A model generated the notes under the pieces. The model was not told the origin of the DNA. It made no database searches and was given only the letters and a program-made list of their open reading frames with translations. Of a stretch of DNA of 64,000 nt, positions 51,244-61,288 are shown piece after piece; positions within the stretch are counted from its first letter, which is position 1; every line of letters starts with the position of its first letter. A program made the position numbers and the translations under genes. Source of the stretch: an uncultured Oligoflexus sp. (lineage in GTDB: Bacteria; Bdellovibrionota_B; Oligoflexia; Oligoflexales; Oligoflexaceae); the NCBI GenBank assembly GCA_964236955.1, contig CAXSGP010000005.1:32044-96043 (forward strand), read 5' to 3'.

Positions 51244-52581
51244 TCACGAAAGCTTCGGATCGCCGCCATGCACTATCAACCAACTCAAACACAAGCCCAT
51301 AGAGATCCAAAGTGCGAATAGGTATTCCGTATCTCGCAGGTGATTTTGCACAAGGCCGCCCCCTATGGTCGCGAGAAAAACCAGGACTAAACCGAGATGA
51401 TGAAAGCGTTTCTTCACCTCAAATGCCAATCGTCCCAAAGCGGTGAGTAGGATCAGCAGGCCCACCCCACCCAGGATACCGCTATCAGCCAGGGTCTGGA
51501 GGTAAATATTGTGAGCATTATATTTTCTCTCTAAACCAGTGTATCCGGCATGCAAATAGGTGTCCAGTAGACTGACGTCGTAACGTGCCAAGCCTGTGCC
51601 AATAAAAGGATGTTCCAAAAACAACAGCCAATTGACCTTCCAAAAGACTATCCGATCAAAGCGTTGTTCCCAGGTGAACCTGGAATCTAAAAGCTCGCCC
51701 CAGCGCCCGAGATATTCACTAGGCAGAAAAGCCAGCAGTCCCCATAGGACAAGACCGCAAAGCACAGTTCCCACCGCTAAAAACTTTCGCAGTTTGGGAA
51801 ACTCCCAAGCCAGGGCGAGCAGCAGCAGCAGAAAGGTAAGCATGATGGGATAGCGCGAATCGGTGAGGAGCAGCAGGAGGAGGAGAATGCCCGTCTCAAA
51901 AAACCAAAAGCGGGCGTCCTTCAGCCTGGCCTTTTTCCAAAGCCACAGCGCATGGGCAAAAGACAGGAGACTGAAGAGCATAAGGTTGAAGGAAAAGGTC
52001 AGGGGATGATCCATCCAGCCCGAAACACGATACACGCCATAGGCCTCCCTGTTGGCCCCAAGACGAGCCTGAAAGCCATGCACCCAATCCACGCCCTGGT
52101 ATCTTTGAAGCAGCCCATAGACCAGAAGAGACAGCGAGAAAGCAAGCAGGACTCTGGGTATGAGAAAGCTTTCGCTTCGCTTCATCTGCAGATAGACAAA
52201 GCTTGTAATGATGAAGGAGCCCCACACCCCTTGTTTGCCTATCAGCCGCATATAGGCCTTAAAATCGAGGCCATCGCCATGGACCCAGGCTTGCAAAAGA
52301 GACGCAAGCACTAGGATTCCCCAAAGAAAAAAGAGGGATTGGAATAGCTTTCGGCACATGCGAGCTATGGCATGGGCTTTGGGAATGTAGCGCCAACCCC
52401 TTGGAATAAGCAGAGTAAATACCAATAGACCGGCGCTGCAAGACTGGGCGGCAGTCGGTAAAAGCAGGGTAAGGACCACGAGATGGAGGAGAAGGGACTC
52501 CCATTTGTTGGTGTTCTTGTTTATGATTTGCTTTTCCACCCCCACGGAAGGTGCTATCCCTAAATGAATAGTCTCGGTCAT
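51244..52581 (-). CDS. O-antigen ligase family membrane protein (start uncertain)
   Basis: Many TM helices; R..FW, HPFIGTG, AHNIYLQ.L...GILG. Confidence 0.88.
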   Translation of the reverse strand: MTETIHLGIAPSVGVEKQIINKNTNKWESLLLHLVVLTLLLPTAAQSCSAGLLVFTLLIPRGWRYIPKAHAIARMCRKLFQSLFFLWGILVLASLLQAWVHGDGLDFKAYMRLIGKQGVWGSFIITSFVYLQMKRSESFLIPRVLLAFSLSLLVYGLLQRYQGVDWVHGFQARLGANREAYGVYRVSGWMDHPLTFSFNLMLFSLLSFAHALWLWKKARLKDARFWFFETGILLLLLLLTDSRYPIMLTFLLLLLALAWEFPKLRKFLAVGTVLCGLVLWGLLAFLPSEYLGRWGELLDSRFTWEQRFDRIVFWKVNWLLFLEHPFIGTGLARYDVSLLDTYLHAGYTGLERKYNAHNIYLQTLADSGILGGVGLLILLTALGRLAFEVKKRFHHLGLVLVFLATIGGGLVQNHLRDTEYLFALWISMGLCLSWLIVHGGDPKLS

Positions 52582-53151
52582 CCTCTCATCTCCCCATTCC
52601 TTTGCATGATATTCCTCCTGTCGTCAGCGTTGGCTATGGCACAAGAGCAGGATGCCCTGGAAACGATACCCAAAGCCTATTCAAAAGACTATGCGTTCCT
52701 AACAATGCCCTTCGAACATCCCTATGGGAAAAGCCGCTCGTTTTATAACAGCGAAGCACCGGGGATCGGCATGAAATACGCGCACCGCCTTGATTCGGAA
52801 TGGATTGTGGGCTTAAAGTTTGAAAGAAAGCCCGTGATACGCAAAGACGGCAAGGCCCTCAACCTGATTCTTCTTTCCAATCAAACTCAGGCGGCTTTCC
52901 GGCTTTACCATCCCTTCTATGTCCTCGTTGGAACCGAGCTATCGTATATACTTCCCGCTCAAAAATCCTTACCACCTTTTGTCAAAGATCCGGATTTTTC
53001 CACGGAAATCGCCGCCGGTCTCAACGCTTCCCTCTGGTGGCTTACATCGCGCAAAGGGGTCGTGGAATTATCGCTCAGCCGCTGGAAAGGGACCAAGACC
53101 AACAATCTGCAGGGGCTGGAAATTTCGCTTGGCTATGGTGTGGGATTTTAG
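52564..53151 (+). CDS. Small outer-membrane beta-barrel-like protein (start uncertain)
   Basis: Signal peptide; beta strands ending LGYGVGF. Confidence 0.6.
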   Translation: MNSLGHPLISPFLCMIFLLSSALAMAQEQDALETIPKAYSKDYAFLTMPFEHPYGKSRSFYNSEAPGIGMKYAHRLDSEWIVGLKFERKPVIRKDGKALNLILLSNQTQAAFRLYHPFYVLVGTELSYILPAQKSLPPFVKDPDFSTEIAAGLNASLWWLTSRKGVVELSLSRWKGTKTNNLQGLEISLGYGVGF

Positions 53152-53172
53152 AGGGTGCTTGAGACGGCTGAA

Positions 53173-54144
53173 TTAGTCCACGCAACGGGCGAGGCGCAGC
53201 TCCGCTTCCCAGCCGAAACTCGGACTTGCCCACAGGCGGTGCACTCCGTACTGAGGGCCATTGACCGAGGTCGGCCGCATTTTCGTCATCGCTGTTCCGC
53301 TGGAAAAAATAATCGAATCGGTATGCACAAGAATCCGCTCGGAGTGGGACGCTCCCCGGCCGTTATTGATCGAAGCAAAAAGATCGTTTTGGGTACTGGT
53401 CGTCAGACAGTCCGAGGCCGCTTCGCAAAAGCCGCTGGTGGTATCCTTCAGACTGAATTCCGAGACGAATTCTGAATAGCCTTTCCAGATGGAACTGCCA
53501 GGAATATGGCCTGAGACTATCATGCGTTTTGGGCAGACGGCCACGGTTTTGAGCAGATTCCTGATTTCATTTCTGACAAAGCTATACCAGGCATCGGCCC
53601 GTTGCGTCGCCTCAGGCATCTGCAGATTGATCAGGAGGATGGGGTTTTGATCAAGTTCAAGCAGGGAATAGCTCATCGCCCCATCGACCCCGATGGGCCA
53701 CACCGACTTCAAATTAAGGTCCCGGGTAATGAGTTTAACGGGCAAACCAACCGCGGCTGCATTGTACTGCACCTCTTGCGTGTCGCGATAGGCCTGGACG
53801 AGCGAGGCATCCCACTCGTATCCGTCCAGCGCGCCTGCACTGAGGATGTTCATATCCGATTCGCTGGGGCTGTCGCGCCGGGTAAGTGCCTCCTGAAACA
53901 CCACAATATCAGGCCTCGACACCCGTAGCTGCTCGTCGATAAGTTCGATGCGTTCCCGGCGAAACAGCCAATCGCCCTTCCAGCTTTTCGAGGAAAGAGC
54001 GGAAGCCGTCCGCTGATTGAAAAGATTGAGATTGAGGACGGAAAAACTCCGCTCGTCAAACTCCTTTTGGCTTTGGCCATTGAACAGAGCACAAGACATC
54101 TGCAGGAAACCAAAGAGCAAGAAAGGAGCTAGGACTCGCATCAT
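53173..54144 (-). CDS. Endonuclease/exonuclease/phosphatase-fold lipoprotein (degenerate)
   Basis: FSVLNLNL, PDIVVFQE; N-terminal signal with Cys. Confidence 0.65.
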   Translation of the reverse strand: MMRVLAPFLLFGFLQMSCALFNGQSQKEFDERSFSVLNLNLFNQRTASALSSKSWKGDWLFRRERIELIDEQLRVSRPDIVVFQEALTRRDSPSESDMNILSAGALDGYEWDASLVQAYRDTQEVQYNAAAVGLPVKLITRDLNLKSVWPIGVDGAMSYSLLELDQNPILLINLQMPEATQRADAWYSFVRNEIRNLLKTVAVCPKRMIVSGHIPGSSIWKGYSEFVSEFSLKDTTSGFCEAASDCLTTSTQNDLFASINNGRGASHSERILVHTDSIIFSSGTAMTKMRPTSVNGPQYGVHRLWASPSFGWEAELRLARCVD

Positions 54145-55305
54145 TTAACAGCCTAAATAACGTGAGATCACCAGACGTTGAATCTCACTGGTACCTTCGC
54201 CAATGCGCAGGAGAGCGGCATCGCGATAAAAGCGCTCGATCGGATATTCCTTCATCAGACCATAGCCACCAAAGGTCTGCTGACCCTCCCGGGCACAGTA
54301 TTCAGCGACTTCCGAACAATAGAGCTTGGCCATCGCCGCCTGTTTTTGAAAGGCGAGACCATTTTGTTTCATCCACGCTGCCTTATAGAGCAGGGTTTCC
54401 GCGGCTTCGATCCGAGTCGCCATTTCAGCGAGCTTGAAGGCCACGGCTTGATGCTTCGAGATCGCGACGCCAAAGGTTTTTCTTTCCTTGGCATATTTTA
54501 AGGTCATTTCCAAAGCGCCCTTGGCTAGACCCAGGCCCATGGCACCGATGCTGAGTCGGCCGTTGTCAAGCGTCTCCATCATAATCTTAAAGCCCTGGCC
54601 CTTGCCACCCAGCATCGCGGAATGGGGAACCTTGACATTATCAAAGTAGAGTTCGCCCGTATTGGAAGCCCGCCACATCATTTTACCATGCATGACCTTG
54701 CGTGTCAGACCTTCGGCATCAGCCGGGACAATAAAGCAGGACAGCTCATTTTTGCCATCGGCCCGCGTGGCGGTTATGGCCTGAACCGTGATGCCTTGGG
54801 TTAGGTTTGAGGCGCTGTTCGTAATCCAGATCTTTGAGCCGTTGATCGTCCATTCATCGCGTGCCTGATCATAGGTCGCCCTGGTCCGGCTCGCCTGCGC
54901 ATCGCTGCCAGCCTCGGCTTCGGTGAGCCCAAAGGCCCATAAAGCATGGCCCGTACACAATTGCGGCAGGTATTTCTTCTTCTGCTCTTCGGTGCCGTAA
55001 TAATAAAGCGGGCCCACGCCAAGGCTATTGTGCGCGGCTATTGTTGCCGCCTGCGAGCCATCGACCCGAGCAATCTCCTCAACAGCGATGACATAGGAGA
55101 TGTAGTCCATCTCCTGGCCCGAGTACTTCTCAGGAACAAAAGTTCCGAACAGGCCGAGTTCGCCCATGTGTTTGGTCAGGGACTCGGAGAATTCCTCCCT
55201 CTCATCCAGCTCATGGGCCCGGGGAGCAATTTCTTTATCTGCGAAATCACGAAGACTTTGACGAAGCAACTTGAGCTCGTCGCTCTCTGCAAAACTATAG
55301 GACAT
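54145..55305 (-). CDS. Acyl-CoA dehydrogenase
   Basis: FGLTE..AGSD, INGSKIWITN, AMAKL, GGYG, IGEGTSEIQR. Confidence 0.96.
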   Translation of the reverse strand: MSYSFAESDELKLLRQSLRDFADKEIAPRAHELDEREEFSESLTKHMGELGLFGTFVPEKYSGQEMDYISYVIAVEEIARVDGSQAATIAAHNSLGVGPLYYYGTEEQKKKYLPQLCTGHALWAFGLTEAEAGSDAQASRTRATYDQARDEWTINGSKIWITNSASNLTQGITVQAITATRADGKNELSCFIVPADAEGLTRKVMHGKMMWRASNTGELYFDNVKVPHSAMLGGKGQGFKIMMETLDNGRLSIGAMGLGLAKGALEMTLKYAKERKTFGVAISKHQAVAFKLAEMATRIEAAETLLYKAAWMKQNGLAFQKQAAMAKLYCSEVAEYCAREGQQTFGGYGLMKEYPIERFYRDAALLRIGEGTSEIQRLVISRYLGC

Positions 55306-55342
55306 ATTTATCCCCTTCTCTAAACGGACCCGGAAGGCGCGC

Positions 55343-56581
55343 TTAGTCTTCTGATTCGGTTTCTTTTTCTAAACCTTCTATCTCACCGCGGCCACCTTCG
55401 CGACCACTGGTTTCTCGCGAGTCGTCGCGCGTCCGCCCCTCGCGCCCACTCAGGCCCGAAAGTATTCCTTTGTAGGAATGGTAGCGGCGTTCGGAAATCA
55501 CACCCTCAGCCACTGCGAGGATAACCGCACATTCAGGCTCATCGACATGCCGACATTCACGAAATTTGCATTTGTTCACAAGGCCACGCATCTCAAGGAA
55601 ACCGTAACTCAATTCGATAGGCCCACGCTCACGCAACACAAAGCTTCGGATCCCGGGCGTGTCGATGACGTAACCACCTCGACCAAGCTTGATCATGCTC
55701 GCATAACTCGTCGTATGCCGGCCTTTGTAATTGATATTGGAATTCTCTTCCACTTCCTGCTGAATCTCAGGCCGAAAGAGATTGACGAGCGAAGATTTCC
55801 CTACCCCGGAATGACCGCTGAGTATGGTCGTCTTGTGATCCATCATGGCGTGAAGTTCACGAATCAGGGGATGGTCAAACTCCTGATGCTCCACCTGCAG
55901 GCTAAAAACGGTATAACCAAGGGCCCGAAAATAAGCAATTTCCCTGTCACACTTCTCTTTAAACTCGGCGGTTTCGTTCTGGAGGAGGTCCTCTTTATTG
56001 ATAACGATGATAGCCGGGATATCCTGCTCGGCAGCCAGCACGAGATAGCGGTCGATCAGCCCCCACTTCACCCCTGGATTGCTATAGCTTCCCACCACGA
56101 GCAGCTGATCCATATTGGAAGCCAGAACGTGCTCGCGCTCCATCACCATCGGGTCGCGACGGGCGATCCGGCTACGCCTGGGCGCCAGGTGTTCGATCAC
56201 GCAGCAGGGCAGATCCGTGGTTATCTGCACGTCCCGCTCATCCGTTGGCCGGCATAGGACGATATCGCCAACAACAATATTGTTGCGCTCTCCACGTCGA
56301 CTTTGAAGGTGACGCCGGGCGACGGTTGCAAGCCAAACATCCCGCGTATCAATGTCCCCTTCGACAGCCTCGGGCGAAAGGAATGCGTAACGCTTATGGA
56401 CCTCGACTACGCGCGCTGTAAACCAGCCTTCCCCGGCTTTGGCCCAGGAATCCTTGTCGAGTTCGAATTGGGTTTCGTCCCGGTTGTGTTTCTTCAGCTT
56501 ATCTTTCGAGCGCCGTATCTTATCGACCTTGGCAAGGTGCTCGGCATCTTCATCCCCCTGCCGGTACTTCCACTTCGTCAT
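55343..56581 (-). CDS. rsgA: Ribosome small subunit-dependent GTPase A
   Basis: NKED, GHSGVGKSS, GRHTT, DTPG, CKFREC.H..EPECAV. Confidence 0.96.
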   Translation of the reverse strand: MTKWKYRQGDEDAEHLAKVDKIRRSKDKLKKHNRDETQFELDKDSWAKAGEGWFTARVVEVHKRYAFLSPEAVEGDIDTRDVWLATVARRHLQSRRGERNNIVVGDIVLCRPTDERDVQITTDLPCCVIEHLAPRRSRIARRDPMVMEREHVLASNMDQLLVVGSYSNPGVKWGLIDRYLVLAAEQDIPAIIVINKEDLLQNETAEFKEKCDREIAYFRALGYTVFSLQVEHQEFDHPLIRELHAMMDHKTTILSGHSGVGKSSLVNLFRPEIQQEVEENSNINYKGRHTTSYASMIKLGRGGYVIDTPGIRSFVLRERGPIELSYGFLEMRGLVNKCKFRECRHVDEPECAVILAVAEGVISERRYHSYKGILSGLSGREGRTRDDSRETSGREGGRGEIEGLEKETESED

Positions 56582-59054
56582 GAGCTATTTTTTCCTGTGT
56601 AGTCGTCTTGAAAATTCGCTCAACACTACGCAGCGCATCCGATGACAGAAGACTCTTGGAATACTGGGCCAAAGACGAAACCCGCGGATCAACACTCAGG
56701 GATTTTTCGTCGACGGTGATCAGCAGACCTTTTTTCTTCAGAAGCTGTATATGTTTTTGGATGAACGTCTTTTCAGAAATCTCCGGATTGTTCAGACCAT
56801 TTAATATGGCGAAGCGTTGGGTCATTCGTTCGCATTGAAGGAGGAATTCCTCGCTGTTGACGAAGCCTCGTTCACTGTGTTTCGCCAGTAGGACGGCCGT
56901 AATGATAAAGCGGTCGAAGGTCACCCCCATCACCTGCGAGAGGATATCCAGCACGGCCGATTCATCCGACTGCGGCGGCGGCCGGCGATACGCATAGTCA
57001 CCAACCTTACGCAAGAGCCCCATTTCCACCAGAACGTCGGCATATTCGAGGACCACGCCCTCGATTTCATCGTCAGACCAGCGCCGTACCGAGTCTTCAG
57101 AAAGAATGCTATAAATTTCAGCGCAGCCTTTGGCAAGACTTGCCGCATACATCTCTTCCTGCTGATGAAAAAACCGCGCAATCAGCGCCGGGAGAATATA
57201 TATGTGAGCGATATTATTCCGATAATAGGAAATCAGAGCACCATCGACATCGTTGACGAAGGCAACGTCGCCAGCCGCATGTTTATAGATCGAAATGCTT
57301 TTAAGCTTTTGAGCCTCTTCCAGAATCTCGGCAAAGTTCTCTTTCACGAGTTTGACGTTCTCATGATAGGGCTTTCTTTTATGCAGCTCAATCATCTTCT
57401 CGATGAACACCTGCAGCTCTTCCAGAGGCAAGGCCTTGTGGTTCGCCGCGAGAAGTCCAAGCCCGATCAGGGAGACCGGCGTGAGAGTCGCCGCTTCGTT
57501 TAAATGCTTAGCAATCAGGAGCGAAAGGTCATTGACGATGGAGCTCAACCATTCGGGTTTGCCGTCCTTCACCTCCCGCCATGCAGGCTGTTTTTTATCG
57601 AGATACTGATCGAGAATGATCGGTTCGCCATAGGAGAGGTAAGCCTTTCCGTAATAGACTTGCAAAAGCTTTCGGGCTTGAAAAAGCTGCGCCATCGATT
57701 CTTTCTTTTTGGCTCCCCCACTCAATTCAGCCAGGTAACTCTTCACTTCCATGACCTTGTCGTAGCCGATATAGACGGGAACTATAGCGATAGGACGCTC
57801 GGAGTTTCGTATAAAACTCTTGACCACCATCGCCAGCATGCCCGTTTTTAACGGTAACGGCCGCCCCGTCCGGCTTCGTCCACCTTCCGGGAAGAACGAC
57901 AGGGGATAGCCTTGCGTCAGGAGATAGGCAATGTACTCCTCGACGACAGCGGTATAGATGCGATTACCGCGAAAGGAACGTCTGATGAAGAAGCCGCCAG
58001 CCCGTCTCAAAAACCAACCCATGGGAAAGAAGTTGAGGTTGATACCGGCCGCCGTATGGGGGCAGGGGAGACCGCTGTTATAGACGGTGTAGTTGACCAG
58101 AAGGTAATCAAGATGGCTTCGATGCGTCGGCATATAAACGATTTCATAATCCTCGGCGGCCAGTTTCATGGGTATTTCGGGATTGGCAATCTCCACGCCG
58201 GAGAAAAGCTTATTCCAGAGCTTGCCGAGGATGATTTGGAAGGTCCGCACCATCGAATAGGTCTGGTCAGCAGACAATTCCCGGGCATAGCTGATGGCGC
58301 TGGCCTCGAGGTCGCGCAGTTTTTGATCGTTGCCCTTGGCATCCTTTTCGATCTCCTGCCGCACGAGTTTGGCACTGGCGATGCGGGCTATCACCTGCTC
58401 GCGCACATAGATCTTCTGCCCAAGCACCTGGTTGCGCACCCGGCGAAAGTGTATCCTCAGGACGCGGCGGATCTTGCGGGCCGACTGTTCGTTGCTGATT
58501 TGAAGGTCGGCGGCCCTTTCCATCAAAAAGGGTTTGCCAAAGTGAACATTGTTATTGCGTCCCTGGGCCACCACGATGAAAAACTTCTGCAGCCAGCCGG
58601 CATCTTCATCATCATTAAAAATAAGTTTAAAAATCGAGGGCTCGGTATTGCCCGGATCCTTGCCCCAAAATGGCGAAACCGGCACGATCTGCGCTTTGAT
58701 ACCAGCCCGCTCGCTGGCCTGGTTCACGACGTGAAGCAGGACATGGCTGGGCTTTAGCTTACGGATTCTTTTAATGGGACCGGTCTTCTCAAGGAACAGG
58801 CAGATCGCTTTTCGTTTGCGGCTAAAGTCAAGGCCGAGATCCGGCTCCGGCAAGCCATAGCGTCGGCACACCATAAGTAAAACCAGATAATCGATGATGG
58901 AGCGTTTGGGCAGCACATAGATCACATGAATATCATCGAGCCCCAGAAATTCTTTCAAATTATCCGGATGAACGGTCGACTGCACCCACAGGAGCACGGG
59001 CCGCAGGATATAGGACAGGAGCACATGCCCAATACGAATCAGAAACTTCATCAT
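56550..59054 (-). CDS. plsB: Glycerol-3-phosphate O-acyltransferase
   Basis: HRSHLDY, AAGINL, FFIRR, FPEGGRSRTG, VPVYIGY. Confidence 0.93.
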   Translation of the reverse strand: MMKFLIRIGHVLLSYILRPVLLWVQSTVHPDNLKEFLGLDDIHVIYVLPKRSIIDYLVLLMVCRRYGLPEPDLGLDFSRKRKAICLFLEKTGPIKRIRKLKPSHVLLHVVNQASERAGIKAQIVPVSPFWGKDPGNTEPSIFKLIFNDDEDAGWLQKFFIVVAQGRNNNVHFGKPFLMERAADLQISNEQSARKIRRVLRIHFRRVRNQVLGQKIYVREQVIARIASAKLVRQEIEKDAKGNDQKLRDLEASAISYARELSADQTYSMVRTFQIILGKLWNKLFSGVEIANPEIPMKLAAEDYEIVYMPTHRSHLDYLLVNYTVYNSGLPCPHTAAGINLNFFPMGWFLRRAGGFFIRRSFRGNRIYTAVVEEYIAYLLTQGYPLSFFPEGGRSRTGRPLPLKTGMLAMVVKSFIRNSERPIAIVPVYIGYDKVMEVKSYLAELSGGAKKKESMAQLFQARKLLQVYYGKAYLSYGEPIILDQYLDKKQPAWREVKDGKPEWLSSIVNDLSLLIAKHLNEAATLTPVSLIGLGLLAANHKALPLEELQVFIEKMIELHKRKPYHENVKLVKENFAEILEEAQKLKSISIYKHAAGDVAFVNDVDGALISYYRNNIAHIYILPALIARFFHQQEEMYAASLAKGCAEIYSILSEDSVRRWSDDEIEGVVLEYADVLVEMGLLRKVGDYAYRRPPPQSDESAVLDILSQVMGVTFDRFIITAVLLAKHSERGFVNSEEFLLQCERMTQRFAILNGLNNPEISEKTFIQKHIQLLKKKGLLITVDEKSLSVDPRVSSLAQYSKSLLSSDALRSVERIFKTTTQEKIAHDEVEVPAGG

Positions 59055-59908
59055 TTTACACCGAACTCCAGATTGTCGATCAGTCGAACACTACCGAGGT
59101 GCGCAGCAACGAGTGCAACGGCGGGCTTATCCACCTTTCCTTCGAATGATTGCAAACGATCTTGAGTTCTTATCTCAACGTAGTCTAAGCGAAATTCTTT
59201 TATCTTAGCGAGTTCTTCCCTAAACATTTGAGCGAGTTTTTCCGGGCTTGTTTCGCCCGACTTAAAGCGCTCAGCAATACGATTCAAACCCTGGTAAATT
59301 CGAGGCGCGATCTTGCGCTCGCTAGCAGACAGACGCAAATTGCGACTGCTCATCGCCAGGCCATCGTCATCCCTAAGGGTAGGGCAAGCGATGACTTCAA
59401 TGGGAAAACATAGGTCGCGGACCATATTCGATATCAATTTGAGCTGCTGATAGTCCTTTTTGCCAAACAGTGCATAATCCGGCTGCACCAGATTGAAAAG
59501 CTTACTGACCACGGTCAACACGCCATCGAAGTGTCCGGGACGGGATCGTCCATCTAGAATATTATTGATCTCGTTATTGGTCACAATGGTTTGAAAACCT
59601 TTGGGATACATGTCGGCCGCAATCGGTGCAAAAAGAGTATCGACGCCCACCTGCTCAAGTTTTCCCACGTCCGCTGCAAGCATGCGCGGATAACTTCCGA
59701 AATCCTCTTGGGGACCGAACTGCAGGGGATTGACGAAGATGCTGACGATGACATGATCCGCGTATTTTTTCGCGCCTTCGACCAGTGAAATATGGCCATC
59801 ATGGAGCGCGCCCATCGTCGGCACAAAGGCTATTTTTTTGCGTTGGAGTCGCCACTCTAAGGTTTGCGCCCGCAAATCCGAAGGAGCGATTATCGTGCGA
59901 ACCGGCAC
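59051..59908 (-). CDS. panC: Pantoate-beta-alanine ligase
   Basis: VPTMGALHDGH, RPGHFDGV, FGKKDYQQ, AMSSRN, RLIDN. Confidence 0.98.
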   Translation of the reverse strand: MPVRTIIAPSDLRAQTLEWRLQRKKIAFVPTMGALHDGHISLVEGAKKYADHVIVSIFVNPLQFGPQEDFGSYPRMLAADVGKLEQVGVDTLFAPIAADMYPKGFQTIVTNNEINNILDGRSRPGHFDGVLTVVSKLFNLVQPDYALFGKKDYQQLKLISNMVRDLCFPIEVIACPTLRDDDGLAMSSRNLRLSASERKIAPRIYQGLNRIAERFKSGETSPEKLAQMFREELAKIKEFRLDYVEIRTQDRLQSFEGKVDKPAVALVAAHLGSVRLIDNLEFGVK

Positions 59909-60082
59909 AGCTACCTCATCATGTCAAAGTAGGCAGATCTCTTCTGACAGTAAAGACTAGCTAGTATTACACGTTCTTACGGGAGAGAGCAAACGATGGT
60001 CGATGGAGGAAGGGGAGAGGCATCTGACTGAGGAAAAACAGGAATGATAGGTAAGGAGTCATCAAAAATCGCCCTCATGGCA

Positions 60083-60336
60083 ATTCGGCTCTTCCTGAGC
60101 CTTGCGCGTGATTCACAAAGGAATCTAATCTGCCCCGTAGGAACCACTCAGGTTCCGCCCTACTAAACCTATGAAGAATCAATCTCCATACCTAACTCTT
60201 CGGTAAGAATTGGCGCAACTTGAGTCGAGGCACAAAATTTTTGGGAAGATGCCGCGAGTAGGGTTGATGAGACTGTGGGGTCACGGCGGAGAGTTGAATA
60301 GGAGGCCTCATGCTTGAGAGCGTAGGGATGAGGCCT
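60083..60336 (+). ncRNA. Candidate ~250-nt structured ncRNA
   Basis: Nested long-range stems with several G-U pairs on the plus strand, followed by a 9-bp hairpin. Confidence 0.5.
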
Positions 60337-60346
60337 GGTTCCGGGC

Positions 60347-61288
60347 TTATAGCTTGGCTTTATCAGACTTTTTGGCAAGGGTGCTTTCAGAGACAGCGAA
60401 GGTCATATAACGCTTCTCGCCTTTGATGCCTTTGTTAGGAATGACCTGGCCCTTAAATTTGATTTCAACCAGTGACATATCATTGACGAGCAATCGCAGC
60501 TGTTCGTCAAATTGAATACGATAGCTATTTGGCTGAAGCACTTCATTAACTTGCTTATCCTTATCGCGACCGATCCGAAGCGTAACAGGCTCCTTGACGA
60601 CGATATCCAAAGATTCGATACCTGTCCCACGGACTATGACCGCTCCAGCGTCCTTGGCCACGGCCACGGGGGGAATCTCGGCTGGAACGGGCGGCTGCGT
60701 TGCCAAGGCAGGCGCGTCTGCCTGCGCCGGAGCTGCAGGGAGGGCTGCGACAGGTTTGGCCACAACCGCTGAACTTTCTTCCAGCTGTACGGATCTATCG
60801 GAAGATTTCCAACTTTGATAAACAGTTTGCGAGATCCACAGGAGACCTAGGATCACGGGTACCGCGATCAGCACGGGACGGGAAAACGACCAGACTTTTG
60901 AGGCGTTTCTCTGAATATTATTGGAATCAAAAGAAGACCGTTTCGAATCGGAATAGCGAATCGGCTTTGGCTTATTATCTCTTTGATTTTCTTGGGTTGT
61001 TTCGGCATTTTGCAAAGCGACGGCCTGATCGAATGCCACGACGAGGGCTTTTGCATCGCAGCCATAAGCGCGACAGAGATTTCTGACAAACCCACGACCA
61101 AATACTTCGCCCGGTAACACCTTAAAAGACTGTGTCTCAAGCGCGTCTATGAACGCCGCTGAAATACGCGTCGACATCGCCGCCCGTTCGATAGAAAACC
61201 CCGCCTGCTCCCTCGCCTCACGTAAGGCAGCGCCAAAACTTTTGGGCGATACAAAGGGTTCGCTCGAGTTGTCGATCTCGGTAGTCAT
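60347..61288 (-). CDS. rodZ: RodZ-like protein (HTH + TM + C-terminal domain)
   Basis: G..LREARE..G.S, TRI....I.ALE, LPG.VF.RGFVRN; single TM. Confidence 0.85.
   Translation of the reverse strand: MTTEIDNSSEPFVSPKSFGAALREAREQAGFSIERAAMSTRISAAFIDALETQSFKVLPGEVFGRGFVRNLCRAYGCDAKALVVAFDQAVALQNAETTQENQRDNKPKPIRYSDSKRSSFDSNNIQRNASKVWSFSRPVLIAVPVILGLLWISQTVYQSWKSSDRSVQLEESSAVVAKPVAALPAAPAQADAPALATQPPVPAEIPPVAVAKDAGAVIVRGTGIESLDIVVKEPVTLRIGRDKDKQVNEVLQPNSYRIQFDEQLRLLVNDMSLVEIKFKGQVIPNKGIKGEKRYMTFAVSESTLAKKSDKAKL

Noticed and set aside
52545..52610. Apparent head-to-head overlap of the O-antigen ligase and the OM protein
   Set aside because: Probably an artefact of longest-ORF start choice; internal GTG/ATG starts remove the overlap
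60020..60350. RNase P RNA next to panC
   Set aside because: GAGGAAAAAC and CCGGGCTTA only loosely resemble the P4 signatures; GAAAGTCC and AGTGCAACAG are absent
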